55,325 bases of DNA from Fodinibius sp. (GCA_041642075.1 JBEPXF010000003.1:1-55325), one strand, 5' to 3'. Counted from the first letter of the stretch, positions 41,106 to 50,582 are shown. Translations and numbers: made by a program. Notes: a model not told the origin generated them from the letters alone.

Positions 41106-41186
41106 AAGGCCCTAAATATCGAAAGGATAAAATTCATCTACAAACCTGCTTTAAAGCGAAGTTGCGACCACTTTAAGAGTATCCGG

Positions 41187-42560
41187 TTAGTCCTCTTGTT
41201 GCTCTTCCCCATCCCCATCACTTATCTGGTTACGCTCTCTTATATCCTGCGGCAGGGTTTTACTGGATTTAGCCCCCAGCTGGCGCAGCATCTCTACCTG
41301 CCGAACTACATTTCCACGTCCCTCAGAAAGCCGTCCCATGGCCTCGTCGTAACTCTCCTGAGTCTGACGGATACGTTGACCAATGTCCTGCATGCTTTCC
41401 ACAAACAGCACAAACTTATCGTAGAGCGCCCCGCCGCGATCGGCAATTTCCTGCGCATTCTTACTCTGGTATTCCTGCTTCCACACACTGTCGATGGTAG
41501 CCAGGGTGGCCAGCAGCGTAGAGGGACTTACAATCACGATATTCTGGTCAAAGGCATCGTAATAAAGACTAGCGTCCTGCTGCAGGGCCACGCCGAAAGC
41601 GGATTCAATAGGCACAAACATCAGCACGAAATCAGGGCTGTTTCCGCCATAAAGCTGCTCATAGTTTTTACTGCTGAGTCCCTTCACATGACTACGTAAT
41701 GAATTGATATGCTGCTTCAATGCACGCTGACGTGTTTCCTCGTCATCCGCAGAAGAATAACGCTCGTAGGCCGTCAACGATACCTTGGAGTCGATCACCA
41801 GCCGTTTTTCATCCGGCAGGTGGACTACGACGTCCGGATGCAGGCGTCTTCCGTCGTCGGTGGTATGGTACTCCTGGAGCTCATATTCCCGCCCCTTTGT
41901 AAGACCTGATTTCTCGAGAATCCGCTGCAAAATAACTTCGCCCCAGCTACCCTGAGTCTTAGACTCTCCTTTAAGTGCCCTTGTTAAGTCCTTGGCTTCC
42001 TGCGCCATCTGTTGATTCATATCCTTCAGATGCTTGAGGTGCTGCTCCAGCGAACTGCGTCCTTTGATATCCTCTTTGTGGGTTTCCTCTACCCTTTTCT
42101 TGAATTCCTCCATCTTTTCGCCCAGCGGCTTCAGGAGCTGATCCAGCTTCTCTTTGTTCTGCTCGGTAAACTTCTGAGACTTCTCCTCCAAAATCTTATT
42201 CGCCAGGTTTTCAAACTCATCCTTGAACCGTTCCTGCAGGTTCTTCATCTCCTCTTTTTGCTCGGAGAGTCGCTCCTTCAGGTTGCGATAATCAGCATTG
42301 AGCGAAGCCAGCTGCTTTTCGGCTTCGTTGGCCCGGCTCTGCTCTTGGTGATAGTTGTTTTTCGCTTCGGAAACCTCCGCATCCAATCGCTCGTTCCGCT
42401 CTTCAAGTCGGGATATGGTTTGCATCGCCTCCTCCCGCTCCTGCTCCAGGGCATCGGCCTCTTCTTTGGTCAGCGCCTGACTGCTTTTGTATTTAAAATG
42501 AGCGATGGCATAGCCTAAAATTAGGCCAACAAGGATAAATAGGATTGAGATCAGTTCCAT
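41187..42560 (-). CDS. rmuC: DNA recombination protein RmuC
   Basis: N-terminal TM + coiled coil; KTQGSWGEVIL, PDVVVHLP, IDSKVSL, PDFVLMFVPIE, SPSTLLATL, ALYDKF. Confidence 0.95.
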   Translation of the reverse strand: MELISILFILVGLILGYAIAHFKYKSSQALTKEEADALEQEREEAMQTISRLEERNERLDAEVSEAKNNYHQEQSRANEAEKQLASLNADYRNLKERLSEQKEEMKNLQERFKDEFENLANKILEEKSQKFTEQNKEKLDQLLKPLGEKMEEFKKRVEETHKEDIKGRSSLEQHLKHLKDMNQQMAQEAKDLTRALKGESKTQGSWGEVILQRILEKSGLTKGREYELQEYHTTDDGRRLHPDVVVHLPDEKRLVIDSKVSLTAYERYSSADDEETRQRALKQHINSLRSHVKGLSSKNYEQLYGGNSPDFVLMFVPIESAFGVALQQDASLYYDAFDQNIVIVSPSTLLATLATIDSVWKQEYQSKNAQEIADRGGALYDKFVLFVESMQDIGQRIRQTQESYDEAMGRLSEGRGNVVRQVEMLRQLGAKSSKTLPQDIRERNQISDGDGEEQQED

Positions 42561-42568
42561 TAGTGTGG

Positions 42569-42603
42569 GTTACAAGTTGCAGGTTTTATGTTACAAGTTA
42601 AAT
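42569..42603. repeat. GTT-N4 heptamer tandem repeat upstream of rmuC
   Basis: GTTACAA GTTGCAG GTTTTAT GTTACAA GTTAAAT. Confidence 0.55.
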
Positions 42604-43216
42604 TGCAGAGAGCAGAGCCCCCTTGTCCTACGAAATTCTATCGCAGTGGGATAATATCACAGTTCTGGCTTCCAGTTTCCAGTATGGATTGTATAAGTTT
42701 AAGATATAGAGGCGGGATGACAGCGTGGTGGCAGGTTATCTTTAGATTTCTATTAAGCTCTATTCCTATCTTCATTCGGGTACCAAGCTGGTCCAAGTTA
42801 CAAACTTGAACCAGTATTAGGAATGATCTTCCCTATCTCACACCTCCTGCCTTTACTTACTCAGTCAGTCTGAGATATACTTCTCTGTCCGACCGAGCCA
42901 ATACTCCCGTTGAAATACGTGTCCACATTTGAAACAACATTATGTTAAGGGATTCAATCGGCGGTTATTGACAAAGTCCACCAAATAGTGCTTGGATTTT
43001 GTGTATTCGATATCTAATATCAGTTAATATGGCAAGTGATATTTCAATCCTACTTCTACTTAAATTGTAAATGCTATGCGACATCAAAAGCAAGCAGTTA
43101 TTTGAGGAGAACATCCCATATATCAAGAACCACAGAGGGGAAACAGATCCTTAGGTAATAAAATCACAGGAAATTCCGGACCAATCCTCTCCGGCAAGCC
43201 GGTAATTTTTTAGTAG

Positions 43217-43250
43217 AAAAAAATGGGCCCCGCCTCTCGGCAGAGCCCAT
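43217..43250 (-). terminator. Intrinsic terminator of the collagen-like lipoprotein gene
   Basis: Minus strand ATGGGCTCTGCC-GAGA-GGCGGGGCCCAT followed by a T-run. Confidence 0.8.
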
Positions 43251-43324
43251 CCTCTCTTGTCTATTATTTTAAAAGTCAACAATTTACAAACCGATCACTG
43301 GCAAACTATAAAAGCAACCACTGA

Positions 43325-44635
43325 TCACCGATAAAAGCCGTAATACTCAGCGACCTCTTCGTAGTTTGAAACGTCCAAATGATCGGGGATAATCGAATCA
43401 CCTTTTTGTTTGCTGCGGGTGTCGATCGTTTCGCTGGCTTCGACACGAATAACTTCGATTTGTTCATAATCTTCTCCGGGACCATCTTTTGGATATATAA
43501 AAAAATCAGCATCAGCAGTAGTTTGTCGATGCACCATATAAAGCCGATACATTGTATCACCAGCCAAGCCATAACCTGGCACATGGTATTTCCGGTCCAA
43601 GTCTGCACCGGCAACTAAATATACGTGCCAGGCACTGTTTTGAAAATCCTGTAATGATAAATATGGAGTTGTATTTTTAGCAGTACCATCTTGTTCAAAA
43701 TCATGCCCGGGAAAAATATACCGCGTCACATTCGCATTGCCATCGGCGCCCTTCAGGTTCAGTGGGGATCCCCAGCCGTCGCTGGTTTTCGGTCCGTATA
43801 GGTCGTGGTTGTCCTTGTCCAGATAATAATCACCTACGACACCCAGCTCGCTGTCCGGTGCTCCGCTGCCTGAGTAAATCTGACTGCCGTCTTCACCATC
43901 TTCCCCATCGGCACCATCTTGGCCGTCCTGTCCATCTTCACCTGTCAAATTGGTGGGGCTTCCCCAGCCACTATCGGTCTTTGGTCCATAGAAGTCGCCA
44001 TTAGTTTTATCAAAATAGAAGTCTCCTGTAACCCCCACATCAGCTGAAGGAGCACCATCACCAGCATGAATAACGCTGCCGTCTTCTCCATCCTCTCCGT
44101 CAGCTCCATCTTGACCGTCTTCGCCGTCGCTTCCGGTAAGGTCGGTAGGCTCGCCCCAGCCGTCATCAGTTTTGGGTCCGTAAAATTCGCCGCTGCTTTC
44201 ATCAAAATAATAGTCGCCTTTATTTCCAGTATTGGCATCGGGCGCCCCTTCGCCGGAGTGGATCACACTACCGTCTTCACCATCAGCGCCATCTTCGCCA
44301 TCCTGACCATCCTCTCCCATCAGTACGATAATAGGATCGTCGCCCCAGCCGTCGGAGTTTTTGGGTCCGTACAGCTCACCGGTATTCTGGTTCAGATAGT
44401 AGTCGCCCGTATCGCCAATACTAGCATCGGGGACTCCCTCGCCAGAATATATCATACTGCCGTCTTCACCGGCCGGGCCAACGGGGCCTTCTGGTCCCTC
44501 CGGACCTTCCGGTCCGGCCGGGCCATCACAAGCTGTAAACCCTATACCGAGTAGCAGGAAAATCGTCACCAACCCAATTAAAAAATTCTTGTTTACAGTT
44601 CGTTCTCGAATTCTCTCTTTATAAATTCTATCCAT
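43325..44635 (-). CDS. Collagen-like surface lipoprotein with four fibre-type repeats and a distinct C-terminal domain
   Basis: Lipobox GFTAC; (Gly-X-Y)n linkers GPAGPEG / GEDGQDGADG alternating with 4 x SxIxSGxGAP...GDYYxDxxxGxxYGPKTxxGWG. Confidence 0.88.
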   Translation of the reverse strand: MDRIYKERIRERTVNKNFLIGLVTIFLLLGIGFTACDGPAGPEGPEGPEGPVGPAGEDGSMIYSGEGVPDASIGDTGDYYLNQNTGELYGPKNSDGWGDDPIIVLMGEDGQDGEDGADGEDGSVIHSGEGAPDANTGNKGDYYFDESSGEFYGPKTDDGWGEPTDLTGSDGEDGQDGADGEDGEDGSVIHAGDGAPSADVGVTGDFYFDKTNGDFYGPKTDSGWGSPTNLTGEDGQDGQDGADGEDGEDGSQIYSGSGAPDSELGVVGDYYLDKDNHDLYGPKTSDGWGSPLNLKGADGNANVTRYIFPGHDFEQDGTAKNTTPYLSLQDFQNSAWHVYLVAGADLDRKYHVPGYGLAGDTMYRLYMVHRQTTADADFFIYPKDGPGEDYEQIEVIRVEASETIDTRSKQKGDSIIPDHLDVSNYEEVAEYYGFYR

Positions 44636-44706
44636 TGTGCATAAGATTTTATTAGAGTTAACAAATAAAATTCTGCGCCCAATCCTATAATTATGGTCTT
44701 ATGAAG

Positions 44707-44742
44707 TAAAGGACTTAGAGAGGATCTTCTCTGAGACCTTTA
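44707..44742. promoter_or_regulatory. 36-bp imperfect dyad upstream of the collagen-like gene (candidate operator)
   Basis: TAAAGGACTTAGAGAGG-AT-CTTCTCTGAGACCTTTA, 14/17 positions symmetric. Confidence 0.45.
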
Positions 44743-45121
44743 GAGCAAGATGTTATATAAATTTTTTTGGGGTGCCTTCAATATTAAATACGTAATGTAT
44801 TTTAGAAAGGGCTCAAAATATCTGGTTTTCATAATAAGCGCAGCTATTAATGAAATTGGGGAAAGGGAACTATCGAATATATTACTTACAGCATTGCAAA
44901 TTTCAGCTTGTATCAACAAAGGCTAGCGCGCGTCTGAAGGGATAAAATCGGAGATCACTTAACTACTTAATCCAATAACGGTTTCTTATGAATGACCCAA
45001 AAATGCCGACTTACTTAAAAAACTGATCAGTATTTTGTACCATATTCCTCTACCCACTTGCTGGTTGGCACCAATGTGGGAAAAATATCGAACTAATTCT
45101 TATTAAGAGTTAAGAGATCTA

Positions 45122-45553
45122 TCATTCACATTCCAGATTTTGGATCGGCCTTTCTCCTTCTTTAACCAGATAGAGCTCTACCTCGGCAAGGCCATCATCA
45201 ATAATATCAATTTTTTGGGCGGCCCTGCGGGAGAGATCAATGATGCGGTCCCCTGTAAAAGGTCCCCGATTATTAATGCGCACCTCTACGGATTTCTTAT
45301 TTTCTACATTCACTGCCCGGACTACAGTATCAAATGGTAGGGTTTTATGTGCCGCCGTAAGCGTTTCTGTATCGTACTTTTCTCCACTTGCAGTCTGTTT
45401 ACCATGGAAATACTCTCCATACCAGCTTGCAGTGCCAGAATCTATAAAACAGTCCTCCTGCAGCGTATCACTCTCCGGTATGCAGCAGGAAATGGTAAAC
45501 AGGCTTGAAAGCAGAATAAAATAAAATGGTATATATAATGGCTTAATGGTCAT
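45122..45553 (-). CDS. RlpA-family lytic transglycosylase (DPBB only, no SPOR), probable lipoprotein
   Basis: GTASWYG, FHGKQTASGE, TAAHKTLPF, VRINNRGPF, IIDLSRRAA. Confidence 0.92.
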   Translation of the reverse strand: MTIKPLYIPFYFILLSSLFTISCCIPESDTLQEDCFIDSGTASWYGEYFHGKQTASGEKYDTETLTAAHKTLPFDTVVRAVNVENKKSVEVRINNRGPFTGDRIIDLSRRAAQKIDIIDDGLAEVELYLVKEGERPIQNLECE

Positions 45554-45635
45554 ATAGTGTTATATAATATTGCAATATCAACGCCTTTGTTTCATGAATA
45601 ATAAAACAATGCCCCTTACCAACGCTCATTAGGCC

Positions 45636-45755
45636 ATAGTAGGCTACTCCGGCACACCGAGTAGACTACTACAAAGCCTGTAGTAGTAAGGACAGGAGCT
45701 CGGACCAGAAGGTCCGAGTAGTCTACTACGAGCGAATGTAGTAGTGCTTGTCGGA
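45636..45755. repeat. Cluster of GTAG-bounded palindromes (REP/BIME-like)
   Basis: CCGAGTAGWCTACTAC at 45657-45672 and 45714-45729; TGTAGTAGT at 45679 and 45737; hairpins TAGTAGGCTACTCCGG-CACA-CCGAGTAGACTACTA and CTCGGACC-AGAA-GGTCCGAG. Confidence 0.7.
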
Positions 45756-46045
45756 TTAAATTGAGCCAGATGGACGAGACTGGTCTGCGAACACTCTTCA
45801 AAACATCTGTACAGGGATGTGGCAAAGCTGCTCAATAGCTCATAAAGAAGTGCTCTTCGAGCAGGGTGAATTTATGGAAAAAGCTGTTCAAATGCTGTCC
45901 GTTGTCCTTGTTAATGTTTCTTACCCTTTTACACCCAAAATATACCCTTTATTTTCCCTTGCAGTTTTATTGATCTATACTAAATTAGCATGCCTTCAAT
46001 TGGAAAGTAAAATAGCGTTACAGCCTTAATATTTAGCTAACCTAT

Positions 46046-46579
46046 ATGAATTCCGATCTTCGCATCCGCAAATCAAATCAGTTGGAACACTGGCTTCAAG
46101 AAACAAAGGGACATTACAAGATATATCCCCTCCGATGGCTGGGGTATATAGTACTGGCGGTAGTGATGGCAATGAGTAATCTCCTAGCCTTGGCTCGCTG
46201 GCCTATCCACAGTCTGATCAATGTCTTTCGGATATCAAAGCCAGATGCAGCAGTTACCCTAAATAACAATCAGCCCAACGAAGTTAACGCTGCCACGCTC
46301 AATGAGATTTTAAATAAGTATTCCAAAGTGCTTGTGGATTTCTGGGCGGCGTGGTGCGGTCCCTGTATTATGATGAACGAGCCGCTGAAGAAAATAGCGG
46401 CGTCAAAGGAAGCCAACTGTACTATCCTCAAGGTTGATACAGTAAAGCACTCTCAGCTTGCAGAGCAATATAACGTCAAAGGCTTACCAACTCTCATCTT
46501 TTTTAAAGACGGGAAAGAAGTAAAGCGTTATGCCGGTGCCCTATCCTACACAGAACTGAAGCAATTTATCGACAGTTGA
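46046..46579 (+). CDS. Thioredoxin with N-terminal membrane extension
   Basis: VDFWAAWCGPC, YNVKGLPTL; hydrophobic segment at residues ~30-50. Confidence 0.85.
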   Translation: MNSDLRIRKSNQLEHWLQETKGHYKIYPLRWLGYIVLAVVMAMSNLLALARWPIHSLINVFRISKPDAAVTLNNNQPNEVNAATLNEILNKYSKVLVDFWAAWCGPCIMMNEPLKKIAASKEANCTILKVDTVKHSQLAEQYNVKGLPTLIFFKDGKEVKRYAGALSYTELKQFIDS

Positions 46580-46587
46580 TGGAAAGA

Positions 46588-48240
46588 TTATTTATTAGTT
46601 TGAGATTCGGAAAGTGGCAAGAGATTCTTCAAACTAAAGACAAACATCCGGCAGGATTGCGTAAACAGCCGATTCACCATTACCATAGAGGTCGCTTCCA
46701 GTTCATTCAACGCCCCCTCTTTGGCGGCATCGGAACTTGCCCTGATGCTCTTAATATCATACGCATCCACACGTTCCAGAATTTCATCCGGGGCCTTACC
46801 ACGGTCTTCTTCACCAATAAGCAGTGGCTCGAGATCGTTAAATAATTCAGCCAATCGATGTTGGAATACCGAAAACTGACTGTTTAGAAACGAATTACTC
46901 GCCAGTTCAAAGTCCTCCAAATCACTGCGGACCTCCTTTAAGTTTTTGGTTGCATTCATAATACTTCGGCTGGATCTAAGATATTCTTCCATCTTTTTTG
47001 ACTCCTCCGGTTCCAATTCCGTAGTATTAATCCTGGAATAGTATTCAAAGATATTACCATGCAGTTCTTGAAGCAGCCCGTAAATCTGATCGGCAGTGCC
47101 AGTAATGCGATGCTGTAATGCCGGCTCCCGTGTATCCGGAAGTTCCCTGGGTATCTTTAGATCATAAAGAATGACCAAATAACGACGAGATTCAACAAAC
47201 TGATGTACAATCTCTTTTTTAAAAGCTTCCTGTGCGGCATCTGCTATATCCGGGGAAGTATTTTGAATATAGTGCGTCAGGATACGCCGGGGTTCCTGAA
47301 ATAAGGTGTTTAACTTATCGGTAAGCTGGGTTATAAACGGAAGAAAAAGCACAATGCCAATAACGTTAAAGAGCGTATGGAATAATGCGATGCCCATAAT
47401 GGCATTATCCTGCCATCCAAATCCTGATTGAATAGTCCATACCAAAACCGGCAGCAGCAAAAATACTGCTATGCCGGTCACCAGGTTAAAGGTAAGGTGT
47501 CCGACCGCCACCCTCTTCTTTATGGGAATGCCTCCCACCGATCCAAGCATGACCGTTACCGTTGTCCCAACATTCGCGCCGATTACCATGGCAGCCCCTG
47601 ATTCAAATCCCATAACCCCGCCGTTAATAGCAGCCAGGATAATTGCTATAGTTGCTGAGCTCGACTGCATAACGGCGGTAAATATGATCCCGGTTAACAG
47701 AAAAATACCTAATCCATAACCGGCCAGTATGGCTACATCAAAGAGTTGAGTAATCTGATCAACACTGGTTTTCATGTAATCCAGACCGTGGAACAGGAAT
47801 CCGAAACCAATCAGTAGTTTGCTCAGATTCAGATATCGCTGAGAGGAGGAAAAGAAAATAAGTCCCAGTCCCCCAACGGCAATCAGCGGAAGAGCAAAAC
47901 TCTCAATGCTTATCTTAAATCCAAAAAAGGCGACAATCCATGCGGTAAAGGTAGTGCCTATATTTGCACCCAGGATCACCCCCATGGCATTGCCCAGACT
48001 CATGATGCCCGCCCCAACAAACGCCAGGACCATTAAGTTAACGGCCGAGCTGCTCTGCAGGATGGCGGTACTGAAAGTACCCGAAAGTACCGCTGAAAAT
48101 CGGGTCTCAGTATAGCGGCGGATTAATGTTTTAAAAGCTTTTCCGGCCAGCTCTTTGATGGAATTTTCCATCAGGTAAATACCGAACAGGAATATACCTA
48201 GGCCGGCCAGTAGTCTCCAAATGTCAAAGGTTTCACCCAT
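46588..48240 (-). CDS. Na+/Pi cotransporter family protein (PhoU-like C-terminus)
   Basis: Two TAxxQSSSA...GANxGTT repeats. Confidence 0.92.
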   Translation of the reverse strand: MGETFDIWRLLAGLGIFLFGIYLMENSIKELAGKAFKTLIRRYTETRFSAVLSGTFSTAILQSSSAVNLMVLAFVGAGIMSLGNAMGVILGANIGTTFTAWIVAFFGFKISIESFALPLIAVGGLGLIFFSSSQRYLNLSKLLIGFGFLFHGLDYMKTSVDQITQLFDVAILAGYGLGIFLLTGIIFTAVMQSSSATIAIILAAINGGVMGFESGAAMVIGANVGTTVTVMLGSVGGIPIKKRVAVGHLTFNLVTGIAVFLLLPVLVWTIQSGFGWQDNAIMGIALFHTLFNVIGIVLFLPFITQLTDKLNTLFQEPRRILTHYIQNTSPDIADAAQEAFKKEIVHQFVESRRYLVILYDLKIPRELPDTREPALQHRITGTADQIYGLLQELHGNIFEYYSRINTTELEPEESKKMEEYLRSSRSIMNATKNLKEVRSDLEDFELASNSFLNSQFSVFQHRLAELFNDLEPLLIGEEDRGKAPDEILERVDAYDIKSIRASSDAAKEGALNELEATSMVMVNRLFTQSCRMFVFSLKNLLPLSESQTNK

Positions 48241-48430
48241 TGTTCAATATCTCAATTAAATATTGGCCCCGAAATTCACTAAATATCTGTTCTATTCAAA
48301 ATATTTCGAACTTCCGTTTATTCCTTTTTGTATCAATGAGTAAAGGTAAAGTTGATAGTTTTCTAATATGATCTTAAATATTTGTAATTCATCCTATTTA
48401 ATGTCTTCCTAAATCAGTTTCAGAATAGCT

Positions 48431-48571
48431 ATGTCTAACGATTATACCCTCTCTAATTATACAAATATCAGACATGTCAACCTGAAGGTATCCAATCTAC
48501 AGCAGGCGCTTGATTTCTACTGTGTACTACTAGGCATTGAGAATACTACTATCTATGGTGATTAGGCCGCT
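48431..48571 (+). pseudogene. Truncated VOC/glyoxalase (CatE-like) pseudogene
   Basis: MSNDYTLSNYTNIRHVNLKVSNLQQALDFYCVLLGIENTTIYGD*AA follows the VOC pattern IGHVHLKVxDLxRALDFYxxxLG...YGxQAA; TAG at 48563 where Gln is expected; remainder missing. Confidence 0.8.
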
Positions 48572-48689
48572 GAATTTGGAAAACCTTTTACAGATCATTG
48601 AACAACTTACTTCAATGGAACAAATAAAACATTCTGTACCTTTGATCAGTATAGAAATTATATAGAATTAGAATAAGCAGTCCCGTTTT

Positions 48690-49742
48690 ATGGAACTATA
48701 TCTGCGCTTGATTGGAGGTATAATCCTCCTTCTTCTTAATGCTTTTTATGTAGCCACTGAGTTTGCGCTAACCCGGCTTCGTCAATATGACCGGAATGAA
48801 CTCGAAGATAAAGTCGGGCTTAACCGCGCTTGGAAAATGACCGAGACCCTGGAAATCTACCTCACCTCTTGTCAAATTGGTATTACGACTACCAGTATAT
48901 TGTTGGGCGTTATTGCGGAGCCGGCCGTTACTGAATTAATTGAACTACTCATTACCGCGGATACCATTGGTTCCATTTCTTCTCATACTATCTCTATCAT
49001 CCTCTCAGTAACAATAATAAATCTCGTTCATACCATTTGGGGTGAACAAGCGCCTACTTACCTCGGTGTGGAAAAAGCCAAGTCGGTAGCACGATATTGC
49101 GCTCCTCCCCTCTACTGGTGGACCTATGCGATTTATCCGGTTCTTGTATTTGGTGACTATGTTACAAAAGCCACTCTCCGGTTATTTGGTATCCAAATGG
49201 ATCGCTCCTGGCTAAAAGGAGAAAATGCTTCTGAATCCGGTGATATTCGGTCCGAAATGGTTGACCTGCTCAAAACCGAGGGCGTCTCAGGCGACCGCCG
49301 CGAAGAGGTACTGAATGCCCTGGATATTGATAATATTGCCGTGCGGGAAATCATGATTCCACGGGACGAGATTATCTGTTTAAGCACAGAAAAATCATTC
49401 TCCGATAATCTCAATATTATCCGCGAGCATATGCATGCACGCTATCCTTTAGTTGGGGAAACCATTGATGATGTTAAGGGCGTACTTTATACCCCGCAAA
49501 TAACCGCTAATATGAAAGAGCTGCTAAATGGGGATAAAGAACTTGACGATTTTGACTGGCCCCGGATGGTTGTATCTCATGAACTGCCGGTCAGTATGCT
49601 CATAGATGAGTTCCAAGTTGAACACCATGAGCTGGCTATGGTAAAAGAAAATGGTAATATCGTAGGTTTAGTTACCCTTACCGATGCCTTCGAAAGGATT
49701 ATTGGAAGTGCGGAAGATCCGCTGGATTTACTTAATAACTGA
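48690..49742 (+). CDS. CNNM/DUF21-CBS (hemolysin-like, CorB/TlyC family) membrane protein
   Basis: NAFYVATEFAL, CQIGIT, GEQAP, VREIMIPR, HARYPL, GLVTLTD. Confidence 0.9.
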   Translation: MELYLRLIGGIILLLLNAFYVATEFALTRLRQYDRNELEDKVGLNRAWKMTETLEIYLTSCQIGITTTSILLGVIAEPAVTELIELLITADTIGSISSHTISIILSVTIINLVHTIWGEQAPTYLGVEKAKSVARYCAPPLYWWTYAIYPVLVFGDYVTKATLRLFGIQMDRSWLKGENASESGDIRSEMVDLLKTEGVSGDRREEVLNALDIDNIAVREIMIPRDEIICLSTEKSFSDNLNIIREHMHARYPLVGETIDDVKGVLYTPQITANMKELLNGDKELDDFDWPRMVVSHELPVSMLIDEFQVEHHELAMVKENGNIVGLVTLTDAFERIIGSAEDPLDLLNN

Positions 49743-49892
49743 TTTATATTCCCGAGACAGGCCTTTACTTTTAAGATAAATCTATCTGGAACTTATACAA
49801 TAAATGAAATTCAGTGGAATGGTTTCGGTTTTAACTTGTTTACCTTAGTAGCAATAAAAAACTTGTGACATCTAAATTACAATTGTGTTGAT

Positions 49893-50579
49893 ATGAAAGT
49901 CGAAATTTGGTCCGATATTATGTGCCCTTTTTGCTACATAGGCAAGCGGCGCTTTGAACAAGCTCTTGATCAATTTGAATATTCCGATGAGATTGAAATC
50001 GAGTGGCGAAGCTTCCAGCTTAATCCCGATATGGAAACCGACCCCGATGCGAGCATCAACGAATATCTGGCCGAAACCAAAGGCTGGTTGGTAGATGAAG
50101 CCAAACAAATGAATGAGCGGGTTACCAATATGGCTGCTGAAGAGGGACTGGAATACCAAATGGATCAGGCTGTAGTGGCTAATTCATTTGACGCGCATCG
50201 TCTCATCCAGTTTGCCAAAAGCCAGGATTTAGGTGACGAAGCAGAGGAGGCACTCTTTCAAGCGTACTTTACCGAAGGAAAGAATATGGATGATCCCGAT
50301 ACGCTAGTAGAAATTGCCGCACAAATTGGACTGGCTGCTCAAGAAACACGCGAAATGCTAGAAAACGATCAATATGCCAATGCTGTTCAGCACGATATCC
50401 AGACCGCCCAGGCGATGAACATTCGAGGCGTGCCCTTCTTTCTATTTAACAGAAAATTTGCCGTTTCGGGCGCCCAGGAATCAGAAACCTTTTTAAAAGC
50501 ACTTAAGCAATCGTGGAACGATTGGATGGAAAAACAACAAACGGAAGAAGTTCTCGCCAAAGAAAAACCGACCAACTAA
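49893..50579 (+). CDS. DsbA-family oxidoreductase (FrnE-like)
   Basis: WSDIMCPFCYIGKRR, SFQLNP, NSFDAHRL, IRGVPFF, VSGAQ. Confidence 0.93.
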   Translation: MKVEIWSDIMCPFCYIGKRRFEQALDQFEYSDEIEIEWRSFQLNPDMETDPDASINEYLAETKGWLVDEAKQMNERVTNMAAEEGLEYQMDQAVVANSFDAHRLIQFAKSQDLGDEAEEALFQAYFTEGKNMDDPDTLVEIAAQIGLAAQETREMLENDQYANAVQHDIQTAQAMNIRGVPFFLFNRKFAVSGAQESETFLKALKQSWNDWMEKQQTEEVLAKEKPTN

Positions 50580-50582
50580 TTT

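Noticed and set aside
1-42560. DNA-repair supercluster (recBCD, ATL, mutL, recO, uvrC, rmuC)
   Set aside because: Genes sit in separate transcription units interspersed with unrelated housekeeping genes, and no shared operator was seen
44750-45120. Possible pseudogene between the collagen gene and rlpA
   Set aside because: Frames examined are stop-rich with no family motif I could recognise
45636-45755. Possible mini CRISPR array (16-nt repeat at 57-nt period)
   Set aside because: Only two repeats, the intervening sequence is itself palindromic and related to the repeat, and there are no cas genes; better explained as REP-like palindromes
45616-46029. Short ORFs (63-70 aa) over the palindrome cluster
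   Set aside because: Mutually overlapping, no motifs, and composition dictated by the repeats
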